NCBI GenBank assembly: GCA_963786935.1
Contig: CAWBAN010000001.1
Location: 215,323-279,322, forward strand
Direction: 5' to 3'
From: an uncultured bacterium
GTDB taxonomy: Bacteria; Krumholzibacteriota; Krumholzibacteriia; Krumholzibacteriales; Krumholzibacteriaceae
Length of the DNA stretch: 64,000 nucleotides
How positions within the stretch are numbered: the first letter of the stretch is position 1; every line of letters starts with the position of its first letter. Shown in pieces: positions 9,695-19,609 of the stretch. Position numbers and translations under genes: made by a program. The notes beneath the pieces are model-generated. The model ran no database searches, was not told the origin of the DNA, and saw only the letters and a program-made list of their open reading frames with translations.

Positions 9695-10330
9695 GTGGCC
9701 CTCATCGCTGTCGCAAATCAGGAATTCAAGAACAAGTACAACTCGTACCTTCGCGGGTCGCTGTACGTTGTGCTTGCGATCCATATGATTCTCTTCTATA
9801 TCACCCCGACCTTCAAGTTCAAGCCGTACGTGCTCCGTGAGCAATACTTCGAGGCGGTCGAGCTTCCGACATCGTTCGAGCTTCCGCCGCCGCCGAAGGA
9901 AGTGTCGGCTCCCGTTGTACCGATCGAGGCCGCCGAGGGGGATGAGGACGCTTCGGACGCGGACGCATTCGCGCCGACGAGCTACAGCAACATCGACGAA
10001 GTGCCGATGCCGCCGCCCCCGTCGACCGAACAGGCGCAGGAGTTCTACGCGTTCGACGAGGCGCCCGTGCTCATCAAGTCCGTCGCTCCGAGATATCCCG
10101 ACCTCGCCCGCCAGGCGGGCATCGAGGGAACGGTGCTCCTCAACGTGCTCGTCGGCGACGACGGGAAGGTGCTCCAGGTGAGCGTCATCCAGTCGGATGT
10201 GACTCCCGCGATGGAGAAGGCGGCGATGGAAGCCGCGAAGCAGTTTATGTTCAAGCCGGCCAAGCAGCGAACGATGCCGGTCAGGGCCCGTATGGCGGTG
10301 CCGATCAGGTTCAAGCTCCACGGGAACTAG
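9695..10330 (+). CDS. tonB: Energy transducer TonB
   Basis: N-terminal TM, a Pro/Glu-rich linker (ELPPPPKEVSAPVVPIE...PMPPPPS) and a TonB C-terminal domain (PRYPDLARQAGIEGTVLLNVLVGDDGKV...KPAKQRTMPVRARMAVPIRF). Confidence 0.9.
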   Translation: MALIAVANQEFKNKYNSYLRGSLYVVLAIHMILFYITPTFKFKPYVLREQYFEAVELPTSFELPPPPKEVSAPVVPIEAAEGDEDASDADAFAPTSYSNIDEVPMPPPPSTEQAQEFYAFDEAPVLIKSVAPRYPDLARQAGIEGTVLLNVLVGDDGKVLQVSVIQSDVTPAMEKAAMEAAKQFMFKPAKQRTMPVRARMAVPIRFKLHGN

Positions 10331-10362
10331 CGGCTCGACCGATCGAGCGGAACGAAATTGAA

Positions 10363-10392
10363 CGCCCGGCTCGCCACAGCCGGGCGTTTTTT
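10363..10392 (+). terminator. Rho-independent terminator of the exbB-tonB operon
   Basis: Perfect 9-bp stem cgcccggct / agccgggcg, 6-nt loop, then TTTTTT (10387-10392). Confidence 0.85.
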
Positions 10393-10592
10393 ATATGGGG
10401 CTCGATTCCCTCTGGCGGTGGGGAAGCGATTATGACACAATGATCCGTCGCCGCGCTCGCCCGCCACGGCGGCGCCGGCGGAGGGCCGGCGGCGCCGGGG
10501 CGACAATTAATGAAACTCCGCGGCGGTTCCGACGTAAGAATGAAGATAGTATGGTCTTTCGAAACCGGTTACGCAAAGGGAAGGTAAGCACG

Positions 10593-11942
10593 ATGCGTGA
10601 GAGGAAATGCCGTTCGGGATCGGCCGCGCTCGCGATCGCGGCGTTCGTGTTTTCGCTGCTCCCGGCCGCGCTGTGTCCGGCCCAGGAAACCGTCTACGGC
10701 CTCGAGCAGTGCATCGATATCGCCCAGAAGAGCAACCCGGAGATCGCGATCTCGGGCGAGAACTACCGGAAGGCCGAGGGGAACCTGCTCTTGAATTACG
10801 GAAACCTGCTGCCGAATTTCAACCTCGCCTTCTCGACGGGGCACCGGTACTACGGGCCGTCGTCGGTGCAGATCGACGAGTCGGGTCGGCCCGTCCAGAG
10901 CGATGGATTCGATTACGAGGATTACGGCTTCCGTCTCTCGTCGGACATCACCCTCTTCGACGGGGGAGGCAACATCAGCCGGATTCGCTCGGCGATGTAC
11001 AACCGCGACGCCGCCCGCGAAGCGCTCCGGTACCGGCGCGACTATATCGCGGCGAGCGTCATCCGGGCCTACTACGACCTCGTCCGCGCCCGGATGCTCC
11101 TCAAGGTGGAGAAGGAAAGCGTCGAAGCCGCGCGGAAGAACCTCGAGCGCACCGAGGCGCTCCTCCAGGTCGGTTCGGCGACGCGCGCCGACGTGCTCAA
11201 GGCGAAGGTGCGGCATTCCAACACGCGGCTCACCCTGATACAGGTGGAACAGGGCGCGGAGATCGCGAAGCAGGATCTCCTCGCGTTTCTCAAGATGGAC
11301 GGACGCCAGGCGTTCGAGGTCGACACGACGATGACGATCGAGTTCAAGGACATCGACGCCGACGCCGAGATCCGGTACGCGATGACCGCGCGCTCCGATC
11401 TCAAGAGTCTCGAGCACTCGATCAAATCGGCGAAGTCCGACGTTACGTCGGCGCGGAGCGGATGGATGCCCACCCTCGGCGCGTCGTTCAACTACTACTG
11501 GAACGACCGGAAAATGGCGGAGGATCTGAACTTCTTCCAGAACGAGTACTCGTGGGCCGTCACGGGCTACCTGAGCTTCGACATATTCGACCGCTTCCAG
11601 ACGAGCTCGAGCTACCGAATCGCGAAGGCGGATGCCCGGATCGCCGAATACAACCTCGACAAGGCGCAGCTCGACGCGGCGAACCAGGTCAGGAAGCTCA
11701 TCCTCACGATCACGCAGGCGCGGGAACGGATCACGGTGGCGAGCGAGACCGTCGAGCAGGCGAACGAGGATCTGCGGCTCGCCGAGGAGCGCTATCGCGT
11801 CGGGGCCGGCACGATGCTCGAGACGATCGACGCGCTCGTCGCCGTCACGCAGGCGAAGGCCGCGGTCATCGAGGCGAAGCGCGACTTCCTCATCGCGACG
11901 GCGGACCTCGCCGTCGCCACGGGAAAGCAGATTTACCGGTAA
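10593..11942 (+). CDS. TolC-family outer-membrane efflux protein
   Basis: From track ORF 10395..11942. I prefer ATG 10593 after AAGGGAAGG because it yields a signal peptide ([22 protein letters not shown]). ATG 10551 is an alternative. Two coiled-coil repeats are typical of TolC ([15 protein letters not shown]..., ...[33 protein letters not shown]). Confidence 0.85.
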   Translation: MRERKCRSGSAALAIAAFVFSLLPAALCPAQETVYGLEQCIDIAQKSNPEIAISGENYRKAEGNLLLNYGNLLPNFNLAFSTGHRYYGPSSVQIDESGRPVQSDGFDYEDYGFRLSSDITLFDGGGNISRIRSAMYNRDAAREALRYRRDYIAASVIRAYYDLVRARMLLKVEKESVEAARKNLERTEALLQVGSATRADVLKAKVRHSNTRLTLIQVEQGAEIAKQDLLAFLKMDGRQAFEVDTTMTIEFKDIDADAEIRYAMTARSDLKSLEHSIKSAKSDVTSARSGWMPTLGASFNYYWNDRKMAEDLNFFQNEYSWAVTGYLSFDIFDRFQTSSSYRIAKADARIAEYNLDKAQLDAANQVRKLILTITQARERITVASETVEQANEDLRLAEERYRVGAGTMLETIDALVAVTQAKAAVIEAKRDFLIATADLAVATGKQIYR

Positions 11943-11965
11943 CGACTTCGAGGAGGGAGCGTCAG

Positions 11966-12661
11966 ATGCTGATCGAGGCCGCAGGCATCAAGAAGATATA
12001 CGAGGTGGGGGTCGTGCAGATCGAGGCGCTCGTCGGGGTCGATCTCGCGGTCGCCCCGAACGAGTACGTCGCGATCATGGGGCCCTCGGGATCGGGAAAA
12101 TCGACCTTCATGAACATCCTCGGCTGCCTCGACACGCCGACGGAAGGGACGTACCGCCTGAACGGCAATCTCGTGAGCAATCTCGGGGACGACGAGCTCG
12201 CGCGGATCAGGAACAAGGAGATCGGCTTCGTGTTCCAGACGTTCAATCTCCTGCCGCGCGCGACGGCGCTGCAGAACGTCGAGCTCCCGCTCGTGTACGG
12301 GGGCGTTTCCGCGGCGGAGCGCCGCGAACGGGCGATGGAAGCGCTCCGGGACGTCGGCCTCATCGACCGTGCCGCGCACCGCCCGAACGAGCTCTCCGGA
12401 GGGCAGCGGCAGCGCGTGGCGATCGCCCGCGCGCTCGTCAACAATCCGTCGCTCATCCTCGCCGACGAGCCGACCGGCAACCTCGACAGCCGGACGGGCG
12501 AAGAGATCATGCTGATTTTCAAGAAGATTCACGAGGCCGGCAACACGATCATGATCGTCACGCACGAGGAGTACATCGCCGAGCACACGCAGCGCATCGT
12601 GCGCCTGCTCGACGGGAACATCGCGTCCGACGTGAGGGTCGCGGCGGGAAAGCGCTCGTGA
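11966..12661 (+). CDS. ABC transporter ATP-binding protein (MacB/LolD-type)
   Basis: In-frame ATG 11966 after GGAGGGAG inside track ORF 10607..12661. Walker [11 protein letters not shown]-loop, signature [15 protein letters not shown], Walker [13 protein letters not shown]. Confidence 0.92.
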   Translation: MLIEAAGIKKIYEVGVVQIEALVGVDLAVAPNEYVAIMGPSGSGKSTFMNILGCLDTPTEGTYRLNGNLVSNLGDDELARIRNKEIGFVFQTFNLLPRATALQNVELPLVYGGVSAAERRERAMEALRDVGLIDRAAHRPNELSGGQRQRVAIARALVNNPSLILADEPTGNLDSRTGEEIMLIFKKIHEAGNTIMIVTHEEYIAEHTQRIVRLLDGNIASDVRVAAGKRS

Positions 12662-12731
12662 TCGAGCCGCGCGCCGGCGCGGACGCGTCGTGCGGGGGCG
12701 CGCGCGCCCGTTCTATCCGCAAGGGGGGACC

Positions 12732-14081
12732 ATGCAGAAATTGAGGAAACGGTATTTCGTCTTCATCGGCGTCGCGGCGCTCGTCGCGGCGCTCGTGATC
12801 GTCAACCTGCGGGCGCGCGAGAAGCGGGCCCTCGCCGTGCAGACCGAGGACGTCGCCAAACGCGACATCACCATGGTGATATCGGCCTCGGGGAGCGTTC
12901 GCCCGAAGCGCAAGGTCGATATCAGCGCGAGCAGCATCGGCAAAGTGACGCGCGTGGCCGTGAAAGAGGGGGAGGTCGTCCGGAAGGGGCAGTTCCTCCT
13001 CCAGATCGATCCCGTCGAGCTCGAAACGACCGTCGCGCGGATCCGGGCGATGCTCGAGGCCGCGAAGGCGAACGAGAAGCAGGCGATCGCCCAGGCGGAG
13101 CAGGCGAAAAACGACTACGAGCGCTCGAAAACGCTCCTCGAAGGGGGACATCGCACCGCGCAGGAGGTCGAGGCGTCGAAGACGAACTGGGACGTCGCGA
13201 CCGCGCGGCTTGAAGCGGTCGGGCAGGAGATCTCCCAGTACAAGGCGAACCTCGAGAGCGCGCAGCACAGCCTCAAGGAGGTGACGATCGTCGCCCCGAT
13301 GTCGGGGATCGTCACGCGGCGGAACGTCGAGGAGGGCGAGATCGCGATCATGGGGACGCTCAACAATCTCGGCACCGTGCTCCTCACGATCGCCGATCTC
13401 TCGACGATCGAGACCGAGATCGAGGTCGACGAGACGGAAGTGACGCATATGAAGATCGGCGACAAGGCCAAGGTGACGCTCGACGCGTTCCCCGACACGT
13501 CGTTCACGGGAGAGGTGACCGAGATCGGGAACAGCCCCATCGTCTCGGGCGCCTCGGCGGCCCAGCAGGGGGTCGATTTCAAGGTCGTCGTCACGATTCA
13601 CGGCTCGATTCCGAACGTGCGGCCCGGCCTTTCGGCCGACGCGGAGATCACCGTCGCGGAAGAGAATGACGCGCTGTCGATCCCGATCCAGAGCCTCACG
13701 GCGCGGCGGAAGCGCGACCTGAAGGGATCCGGCGCGGTCGCCGACTCGACGGGGAAGGCGGACGCGAAGGACACGGCGGATGCGGCGAAGCCGGCGGCCC
13801 CGGCGGCCCCGTCCGCCGCGGGGACGGATACGTCGAAATCGGGGGAGGACGAAACCGAGGTCGAGGGCGTGTTCGTCGTCAAGAATTCGAGGGCCGAGTT
13901 CCGTCCCGTCAAGGTGGGCATCTCGAGCCAGAAGTTCTTCGAGGTCACCGCGGGGCTCGCGGAAGGGGAGAAGGTCGTCAGCGGCAATTTCAAGGCGATC
14001 CGGGAGCTCAAGGACGGGCAGCGCGTGAAGATCTCCGGAAAGTCCGAAGCGGGCGCCAAGGACAAGGAAAAGGCGAAGTAG
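12732..14081 (+). CDS. Efflux periplasmic adaptor subunit (HlyD/MacA family)
   Basis: ATG 12732 after AAGGGGGGA. N-terminal TM, a lipoyl/hairpin region with a coiled coil (EAAKANEKQAIAQAEQAKNDYERSK...) and a beta-barrel region. A low-complexity Ala/Pro/Asp insert lies before the C-terminal domain. Confidence 0.85.
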   Translation: MQKLRKRYFVFIGVAALVAALVIVNLRAREKRALAVQTEDVAKRDITMVISASGSVRPKRKVDISASSIGKVTRVAVKEGEVVRKGQFLLQIDPVELETTVARIRAMLEAAKANEKQAIAQAEQAKNDYERSKTLLEGGHRTAQEVEASKTNWDVATARLEAVGQEISQYKANLESAQHSLKEVTIVAPMSGIVTRRNVEEGEIAIMGTLNNLGTVLLTIADLSTIETEIEVDETEVTHMKIGDKAKVTLDAFPDTSFTGEVTEIGNSPIVSGASAAQQGVDFKVVVTIHGSIPNVRPGLSADAEITVAEENDALSIPIQSLTARRKRDLKGSGAVADSTGKADAKDTADAAKPAAPAAPSAAGTDTSKSGEDETEVEGVFVVKNSRAEFRPVKVGISSQKFFEVTAGLAEGEKVVSGNFKAIRELKDGQRVKISGKSEAGAKDKEKAK

Positions 14082-14106
14082 GGAGAGCGGCCCTTCGCCG
14101 GCAACC

Positions 14107-15336
14107 ATGCTCATACTCGAGGGAATACGAATCGCGTTGCGCGCCCTCCGCGAAAACAAGCTGCGTACCTCGCTCACGCTGCTCGGCAACATCGTCGGGA
14201 CGATGTCGGTCATCGCAGTCGTATCGCTCATCAACGGCATCGATCATTACGTGAGCGAGGAGGTCGCGGAGCAGGGGAGCAACGTCTTCACGATCGAGCG
14301 CATCAACTTCTTCGAGGCGATCACGGACCTCGACGCGTTCCTCGAAGCGCTTGCCCGGAACAAACCGCTCCGACTGAACGATGTCGAATATCTCAAGCGG
14401 TCGGTCCCCTCGAGCTCGGTGGTCGGCGCCTCCATCAGCGGATCGGAGCGCGTCACCTTCGGAGAATCGTACGTCGATAACATCGAGATCAAGGGGCGCT
14501 CCGAGGAGTACCCGTTGCTCGAGAAGGCGGATCTCGCGGCGGGGGCGCACATCTCGCGGCTCGAGGTGCAGCGGAGCAACGCCGTCGCGGTCATCGGCTG
14601 GGACGTCTATCAGCATTTCTTCGCCGGGCGTAGCGCGATCGGAAAGAAGATCAAGATCGGGGATCGCCACTTTCTCGTCATCGGAGTCGTCAAGAACCTC
14701 GGTAGCGTCCTCGGCCAGTCGCGAAACCGGTTCGTATACGTTCCCGTGACGACCTACCTCAAGATGTACGGATCGCGGCGCTCGATCGAGATCAAGGTCA
14801 GGGCCGCCGATATCCGATTCATGCAGCAGGCGATCGACGAGGCGACGATGGCGATGCGTATCAGGCACCGGCTGCGTCCCCTCGAGAAGGACGATTTCAG
14901 CGTCACGACCTCCCAGCAGCTCATTTCCCTCTGGCAGGGCATCTCGAAGGCGATCTTCAGCGCCCTCATTTTCATCGTCTCGATATCGCTCGTCGTCGGC
15001 GGAATCGTTCTCATGAACGTGATGCTCGTCTCGGTGACGGAACGCACGCGCGAGATCGGCGTCCGGAAGGCTCTCGGCGCCCGCCGGTCTAACATCATCT
15101 GGCAGTTCATCGTCGAATCGATCACCCTTTCCCTCGTCGGGGGGATCATCGGGATCGTCCTCGGCTTCACGATCGCCGCCGTCATTTCGCTCGTTTCGCC
15201 GCTTCCGTATCTCATCGCGCCGTGGTCGATCGCGGCGGGGCTCGCGGTGACCTTCTGCATCGGTCTGATATTCGGAACGTACCCGGCGAATCGGGCGGCG
15301 AGGCTCGATCCCGTGGTGGCGCTCCATTACGAGTAG
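14107..15336 (+). CDS. ABC transporter permease, FtsX/MacB-type (subunit 1)
   Basis: TM1, a large periplasmic domain, then three C-terminal TMs with the family motif VSVTERTREIGVRKALGARRSNI and ...TYPANRAARLDPVVALHYE. Confidence 0.88.
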   Translation: MLILEGIRIALRALRENKLRTSLTLLGNIVGTMSVIAVVSLINGIDHYVSEEVAEQGSNVFTIERINFFEAITDLDAFLEALARNKPLRLNDVEYLKRSVPSSSVVGASISGSERVTFGESYVDNIEIKGRSEEYPLLEKADLAAGAHISRLEVQRSNAVAVIGWDVYQHFFAGRSAIGKKIKIGDRHFLVIGVVKNLGSVLGQSRNRFVYVPVTTYLKMYGSRRSIEIKVRAADIRFMQQAIDEATMAMRIRHRLRPLEKDDFSVTTSQQLISLWQGISKAIFSALIFIVSISLVVGGIVLMNVMLVSVTERTREIGVRKALGARRSNIIWQFIVESITLSLVGGIIGIVLGFTIAAVISLVSPLPYLIAPWSIAAGLAVTFCIGLIFGTYPANRAARLDPVVALHYE

Positions 15337-15344
15337 GTGGCACG

Positions 15345-16616
15345 ATGGTACAGGAAACGTCCGCCCGGGACGGACGGCTCGGCCGGGAGCTGTGGAAGGA
15401 GAATTTCAAACAGGCGACCCACGTCATCCTCACGCACCGGATGCGCTCGGGGCTTCTGATTCTCGGCGTTGCGATCGGCGTCATGACGGTGCTCGGCATG
15501 GTGACGGTGCTCTCGGGACTCGGCAAGCGCGTCGAGCAGGACATCATGTCGTCGAACCGGCCGTTTCTTCATATCGCCCGGTACGACCCGATGGAGGGGG
15601 ATCGCGACTTCGCCGCGCTCATGCGGAGGAAGAAACTCAGCGCCGAGGACGCGAAGGCGATCAAGGAGCAATGCCGGAGCGTCGAGCGTGTCGATTTCGA
15701 GGTGAGCCCGGGCGAAGGAATGCGGGTGCTTCGCTACAAGGGGCGCCGGACGGGGCTCCTTCAGGTGGTCGGGACCTCGGAGAATTTTCCCTACATATTC
15801 AGCCTCCAGATGGACGAGGGGCACTTCCTCGCGGAGAGCGACGTCGAGCGCCGCAGACGCGTCGTCGTCCTCGGATCCGGGCCGGCGAAGGATCTGTTTC
15901 CGAACATGGACCCGATCGGGAAATGGATCCGTATCGGGAACTACGAGTATGAGGTGATCGGAACGATGCTGTCGCGGCGGAGTTTCATCGGGAGCATGAG
16001 CGACAATTTCGCCGTCATTCCGCACACGACCTTCGCGAAGGATCATTCGAGCGAGTACGACGACTTCGAGATCGTCGCCACGGTAAAGCCCGAATATACG
16101 CTCGAGGAGTCCATGGACGAGATCACGGCGCTCATGCGGGCCCGCCGCAAGGTCGAACCGGCTGCCGAGAACGATTTCTACGTGAGCTCCTCGGAGGCGT
16201 TCCGCGAGATGATCACCAACATCACGAAGTACATCGGGCTCGTTCTCGTCGTCATCTCCTCGATCGGTCTCATGGTGGGGGGCATCGGCGTCATGAACAT
16301 CATGCTCATCTCGGTGACCGAGCGCACGCGCGAGGTGGGTGTGCGGATGGCGCTCGGTGCCACGCGGCACGATATCCTCCAGCAGTTCCTCATCGAGGCG
16401 GCGACGCTCACCGGCGTCGGGGGGATTCTCGGGATCGTCTGCGGGCTGCTCGCCGCGCGCGGGGTGACGAATCTCATCCGGTTCCCCTACAGCCTGCCGT
16501 TCCTTTGGATCGTCATCGCCTTCGTGTTCTCCGCCGGGATCGGGATCGTATTCGGCATGTATCCCGCTAACCGGGCCGCGAAAATGGATCCGATCGTCGC
16601 GCTTCGCGCCGAGTGA
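15345..16616 (+). CDS. ABC transporter permease, FtsX/MacB-type (subunit 2)
   Basis: In-frame ATG 15345 inside track ORF 15222..16616. Same architecture as subunit 1; motifs ISVTERTREVGVRMALGATRHDI and ...MYPANRAAKMDPIVALRAE. Confidence 0.88.
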   Translation: MVQETSARDGRLGRELWKENFKQATHVILTHRMRSGLLILGVAIGVMTVLGMVTVLSGLGKRVEQDIMSSNRPFLHIARYDPMEGDRDFAALMRRKKLSAEDAKAIKEQCRSVERVDFEVSPGEGMRVLRYKGRRTGLLQVVGTSENFPYIFSLQMDEGHFLAESDVERRRRVVVLGSGPAKDLFPNMDPIGKWIRIGNYEYEVIGTMLSRRSFIGSMSDNFAVIPHTTFAKDHSSEYDDFEIVATVKPEYTLEESMDEITALMRARRKVEPAAENDFYVSSSEAFREMITNITKYIGLVLVVISSIGLMVGGIGVMNIMLISVTERTREVGVRMALGATRHDILQQFLIEAATLTGVGGILGIVCGLLAARGVTNLIRFPYSLPFLWIVIAFVFSAGIGIVFGMYPANRAAKMDPIVALRAE

Positions 16617-16721
16617 TCCGGGAAGCGGCCGGGTAATCTCTTTACACGGGAAAATCGCGCAACTATACTCCGCCGTACGGGAGCATCGGCGACGCGCGGC
16701 GCGCGGAGGGGGAGGTGCGCG

Positions 16722-18035
16722 GTGCCCGGAAGATTCGTGTGCACAATTGCCTTTGTGTTCTGCCTCGTCTCGGCGGGCCCGGCCGGCGGCCAGGGATCGC
16801 CCGACCGGCCCGTCGAACAGTCCGCCTTCGAGTTCTCCGTGAGCCAGGAGTTCGTCGAGGGCGCGACGCAGGCGGTCATCGTGACCGCTTCGATACCGTA
16901 CCGGCGCCTCGTCTTCTTTTTCCGGGACCGGCGGTACGAGGCGCGATACCGCGTCTATCTCGAGCTCAAGGGCAAGCACGGGAAGAGCGCGCCCGGCGGC
17001 GTATGGGAAGAGTCGGTCGTCGTCGGCGACTTCCGGGAAACGACGTCGGCGGCGCAGTTCTCCGTGACGCGCCGGAGCTTTCCCGTCGATCCCGGCGAAT
17101 ACACGGTCACCGCGACGGTGGAGGTCATCGGGACGTCGCGGCGTTTCAAGGAGACGCGGCAGCTCCGCGTGGTCGGCGAGGACGCCGCGGAGCTCGTCGT
17201 GTCGAATCCCGTTTTCTACTCGCGTCGCGCGGAGGACTCGCTCTCGGCGAAGCCTCTGGGGGACGAAGCCGCCGTTTGGGTATGCCCCTCCGCGGGGGAG
17301 ACCGGGGCGCGCGCCAATCCGGGAGCGGTCTACGGCGATTTCGGGGGGTGGGCGCGCATCGTCTTCGGCGTCGTCGTGCCGCCGCGTCGCTCCGCGGATT
17401 CGCTCGTGCTGACCGTCAGGGTGCTGGATGCGCGCGGCGCCGCGGCGGGCGGCGCGAAGCGGCCGTTCGATCCCGGAGCCGCGCGGCGGTCCGCGATCTG
17501 CGTCGAGCTGAATTTGGACAACGTTCCCGTCGGCGAGTACGGGATCGAAGCCGTCATCGAGACGGCCGGCGGCGCTCGGAAGAGCGGCGCGTCCGGGCGA
17601 TTCGTCGTGCTGTTCAACGTGGGGCTCCTCTCCCGAACGGACGAGCTCGTCGAGCTGCTCTCGCTCGCGGGGGACGAAAAAGCCGCCCGGAAGGTCGCCG
17701 AAGCGCCTCCCGCCGAGCGCGTGCGCGCCTGGTCCCTCTTCTGGCGTTCGCTCGATCCGACCCCCTCGACCGAATCGAACGAGGCGTTCGGCGACTTTCT
17801 CCAGAGGCTCAAGTACTCGCTCTCGGCCTTCTCGAAGCACAAGCCCGGCTGGCGGACGGATATGGGCAAGATATACATCGAGCACGGCCCCCCCGACAAG
17901 GTCGAGGACCGGCAGACGACTCAACTGGGCGGGAATTACCAGCTCTGGTACTACTACTCGAAGGGGGTCGTCTATGTTTTCGAGGATACGATCGGGACCG
18001 GCGATTACCATCTCCTCTCAACCGAGATGATGTGA
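16722..18035 (+). CDS. GWxTD domain-containing secreted protein (paralogue 2)
   Basis: Signal peptide present. C-terminal region WSLFWRSLDPTPSTESNEAFGDFLQRLKY...KPGWRTDMGKIYIEHGPPDKV carries the literal GWxTD motif. Confidence 0.75.
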   Translation: MPGRFVCTIAFVFCLVSAGPAGGQGSPDRPVEQSAFEFSVSQEFVEGATQAVIVTASIPYRRLVFFFRDRRYEARYRVYLELKGKHGKSAPGGVWEESVVVGDFRETTSAAQFSVTRRSFPVDPGEYTVTATVEVIGTSRRFKETRQLRVVGEDAAELVVSNPVFYSRRAEDSLSAKPLGDEAAVWVCPSAGETGARANPGAVYGDFGGWARIVFGVVVPPRRSADSLVLTVRVLDARGAAAGGAKRPFDPGAARRSAICVELNLDNVPVGEYGIEAVIETAGGARKSGASGRFVVLFNVGLLSRTDELVELLSLAGDEKAARKVAEAPPAERVRAWSLFWRSLDPTPSTESNEAFGDFLQRLKYSLSAFSKHKPGWRTDMGKIYIEHGPPDKVEDRQTTQLGGNYQLWYYYSKGVVYVFEDTIGTGDYHLLSTEMM

Positions 18036-18040
18036 CCGGT

Positions 18041-19594
18041 ATGAACGGAAACCGCCGCGCCGTCCCCCTGATGCTCCTGCTCGCGATCCTCGCGGCGGCG
18101 GGCTGTTCCTCCGGCGCGCAGGACGCGACGGTGCGGCTCGCGCTGCAGACGGAGCCCACGACGCTCGATCCCGCCTATTCGGTCGATTTCTCCTCGGGCA
18201 GGATCGCCTCGCTCATTCATTCGAATCTCGTCGCCTTCGATCCGGACGCGCGGATCGTCCCCGATCTCGCCCGCAGCTGGGAGGTCCTCGACGGCGGCCG
18301 CCGCTACATGTTCCATCTCGGCGGCGCCCGCTTCTCCAACGGGCGGCCGGTGACCGCGTCGGACGTCGTCTACTCGATGCGGCGGCTCCTCGATCCCGGG
18401 ACCGTGTCGCCCCGGTGGTGGCTGCTCAAGCCGATCGCCGGCGCCGCCGCGTTCCACGGGGGAGGGGCGTGGGACGCCGCGTCGGTGCGGGCGCTCGACG
18501 ATTCGACGGTCGCCGTGAGGCTCGAATATCCCGTCGCCCATTTCCTCGGGCTGCTGGCGATGCCCGCGGCGGGGATCGTGTGCCGCGAGGAGGTCGAGCG
18601 GCTCGGGAAGGGATACGGGCGCACGCCCTGCGGGAGCGGTCCCTGGAAGCTGTCCGCGTGGCGGGAGGGGGACGAGATCGTGCTGGCGCCGAATCCGGGT
18701 TATCCCGGCCGCCGGACGCCGCTGGCGGGGCTCTCCTTCCGCGTCATTCCCGAGCAGATGACGCAGATCGCCGAGTTCGAGGTCGGCTCCCTCGACGTCC
18801 TCGAGGTGCCGCGCGCGGAGCTGGAGCACTGGCGCGCGGCCGGCACGACGCTCCTCTCGCGGGAGGAGCTCAGGGTCGTCTATATCGGATTCAACACGAC
18901 GCGCCCCCCCTTGAGCGATCCCCGCGTGCGGCGCGCCCTCAACATGGCGGTGGACGTCGAGAAGATCATCGCGCACGTTCTGTTCGGCGCGGGGGAGCGC
19001 TCGCGCGGCGTCGTCCCGCCGAGCCTGCGCGGCGCGCCGGGGCCGGCGGAGCGCTACCCGTTCGACCCCGCCCGCGCGCGCGCGCTGCTCGCGGAGGCGG
19101 GATATCCGCGCGGTTTCGCCATGGAGCTCTGGCAGCGGGAGAATCCGGAAGCGGGCCTGATTCTCGAGAGCGTCCAGGCGTACCTGGCCGACGTCGGCGT
19201 GACGGCCACGCTCGTCACGCGGGAGTGGGGGGCCTTCAAGGAAGCGATCGACCGGGGCACGCCCGACGCATTCTTCATCGATTGGCTCGCCGATTACCCC
19301 GACGCGGAGAATTTTCTCGCCCCGCTCTTCTCGTCGGCGAATATCGGCGGGGGAGGGAACCGGACCGGCTATCGCAACGCGCGCGTCGACTCGATCCTCG
19401 ACGCCGCGTCGACGTGTCTGGACGCCGCGAAGCGCGGGGAGCTCCACCGGGCCGCGGAGGACATCGTGTACGGGGACGCGCCGTGGCTCTTTCTCTGGTT
19501 TCCCGAGAAGTACGAGGTCGTGAGCCCGCGGCTCACGGGATATCGGATCCCGCTCATCTTCAACGGCCAGCGTTTTCTCGAGACGGGCGTTTGA
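18041..19594 (+). CDS. ABC transporter substrate-binding lipoprotein, family 5 (Dpp/Opp/Nik-type)
   Basis: In-frame ATG 18041 inside track ORF 16715..19594. Lipobox LAAAGC. Typical family-5 body (LDPAYSVDFSSGRIASLIHSNLV..., YRIPLIFNGQRF). Confidence 0.88.
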   Translation: MNGNRRAVPLMLLLAILAAAGCSSGAQDATVRLALQTEPTTLDPAYSVDFSSGRIASLIHSNLVAFDPDARIVPDLARSWEVLDGGRRYMFHLGGARFSNGRPVTASDVVYSMRRLLDPGTVSPRWWLLKPIAGAAAFHGGGAWDAASVRALDDSTVAVRLEYPVAHFLGLLAMPAAGIVCREEVERLGKGYGRTPCGSGPWKLSAWREGDEIVLAPNPGYPGRRTPLAGLSFRVIPEQMTQIAEFEVGSLDVLEVPRAELEHWRAAGTTLLSREELRVVYIGFNTTRPPLSDPRVRRALNMAVDVEKIIAHVLFGAGERSRGVVPPSLRGAPGPAERYPFDPARARALLAEAGYPRGFAMELWQRENPEAGLILESVQAYLADVGVTATLVTREWGAFKEAIDRGTPDAFFIDWLADYPDAENFLAPLFSSANIGGGGNRTGYRNARVDSILDAASTCLDAAKRGELHRAAEDIVYGDAPWLFLWFPEKYEVVSPRLTGYRIPLIFNGQRFLETGV

Positions 19595-19609
19595 TCCGGG
19601 GGGCGTGAC

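Noticed and set aside
15327-18011. 894-aa minus-strand ORF.
   Set aside because: It is antisense to the FtsX permease and GWxTD genes, both of which carry clear motifs. It is Arg/Pro/Gly/Asp-rich with no signal peptide and no domain signature.
16715-18040. Long N-terminal extensions of plus-strand ORFs: 16715-18040 ahead of the binding protein, 10607-11965 ahead of the ABC ATPase, and 10395-10592 ahead of TolC.
   Set aside because: These extensions overlap better-supported genes in other frames or are Arg/Pro/Gly-rich. In-frame starts with an RBS and a signal peptide or lipobox, or a canonical N-terminus, exist downstream.
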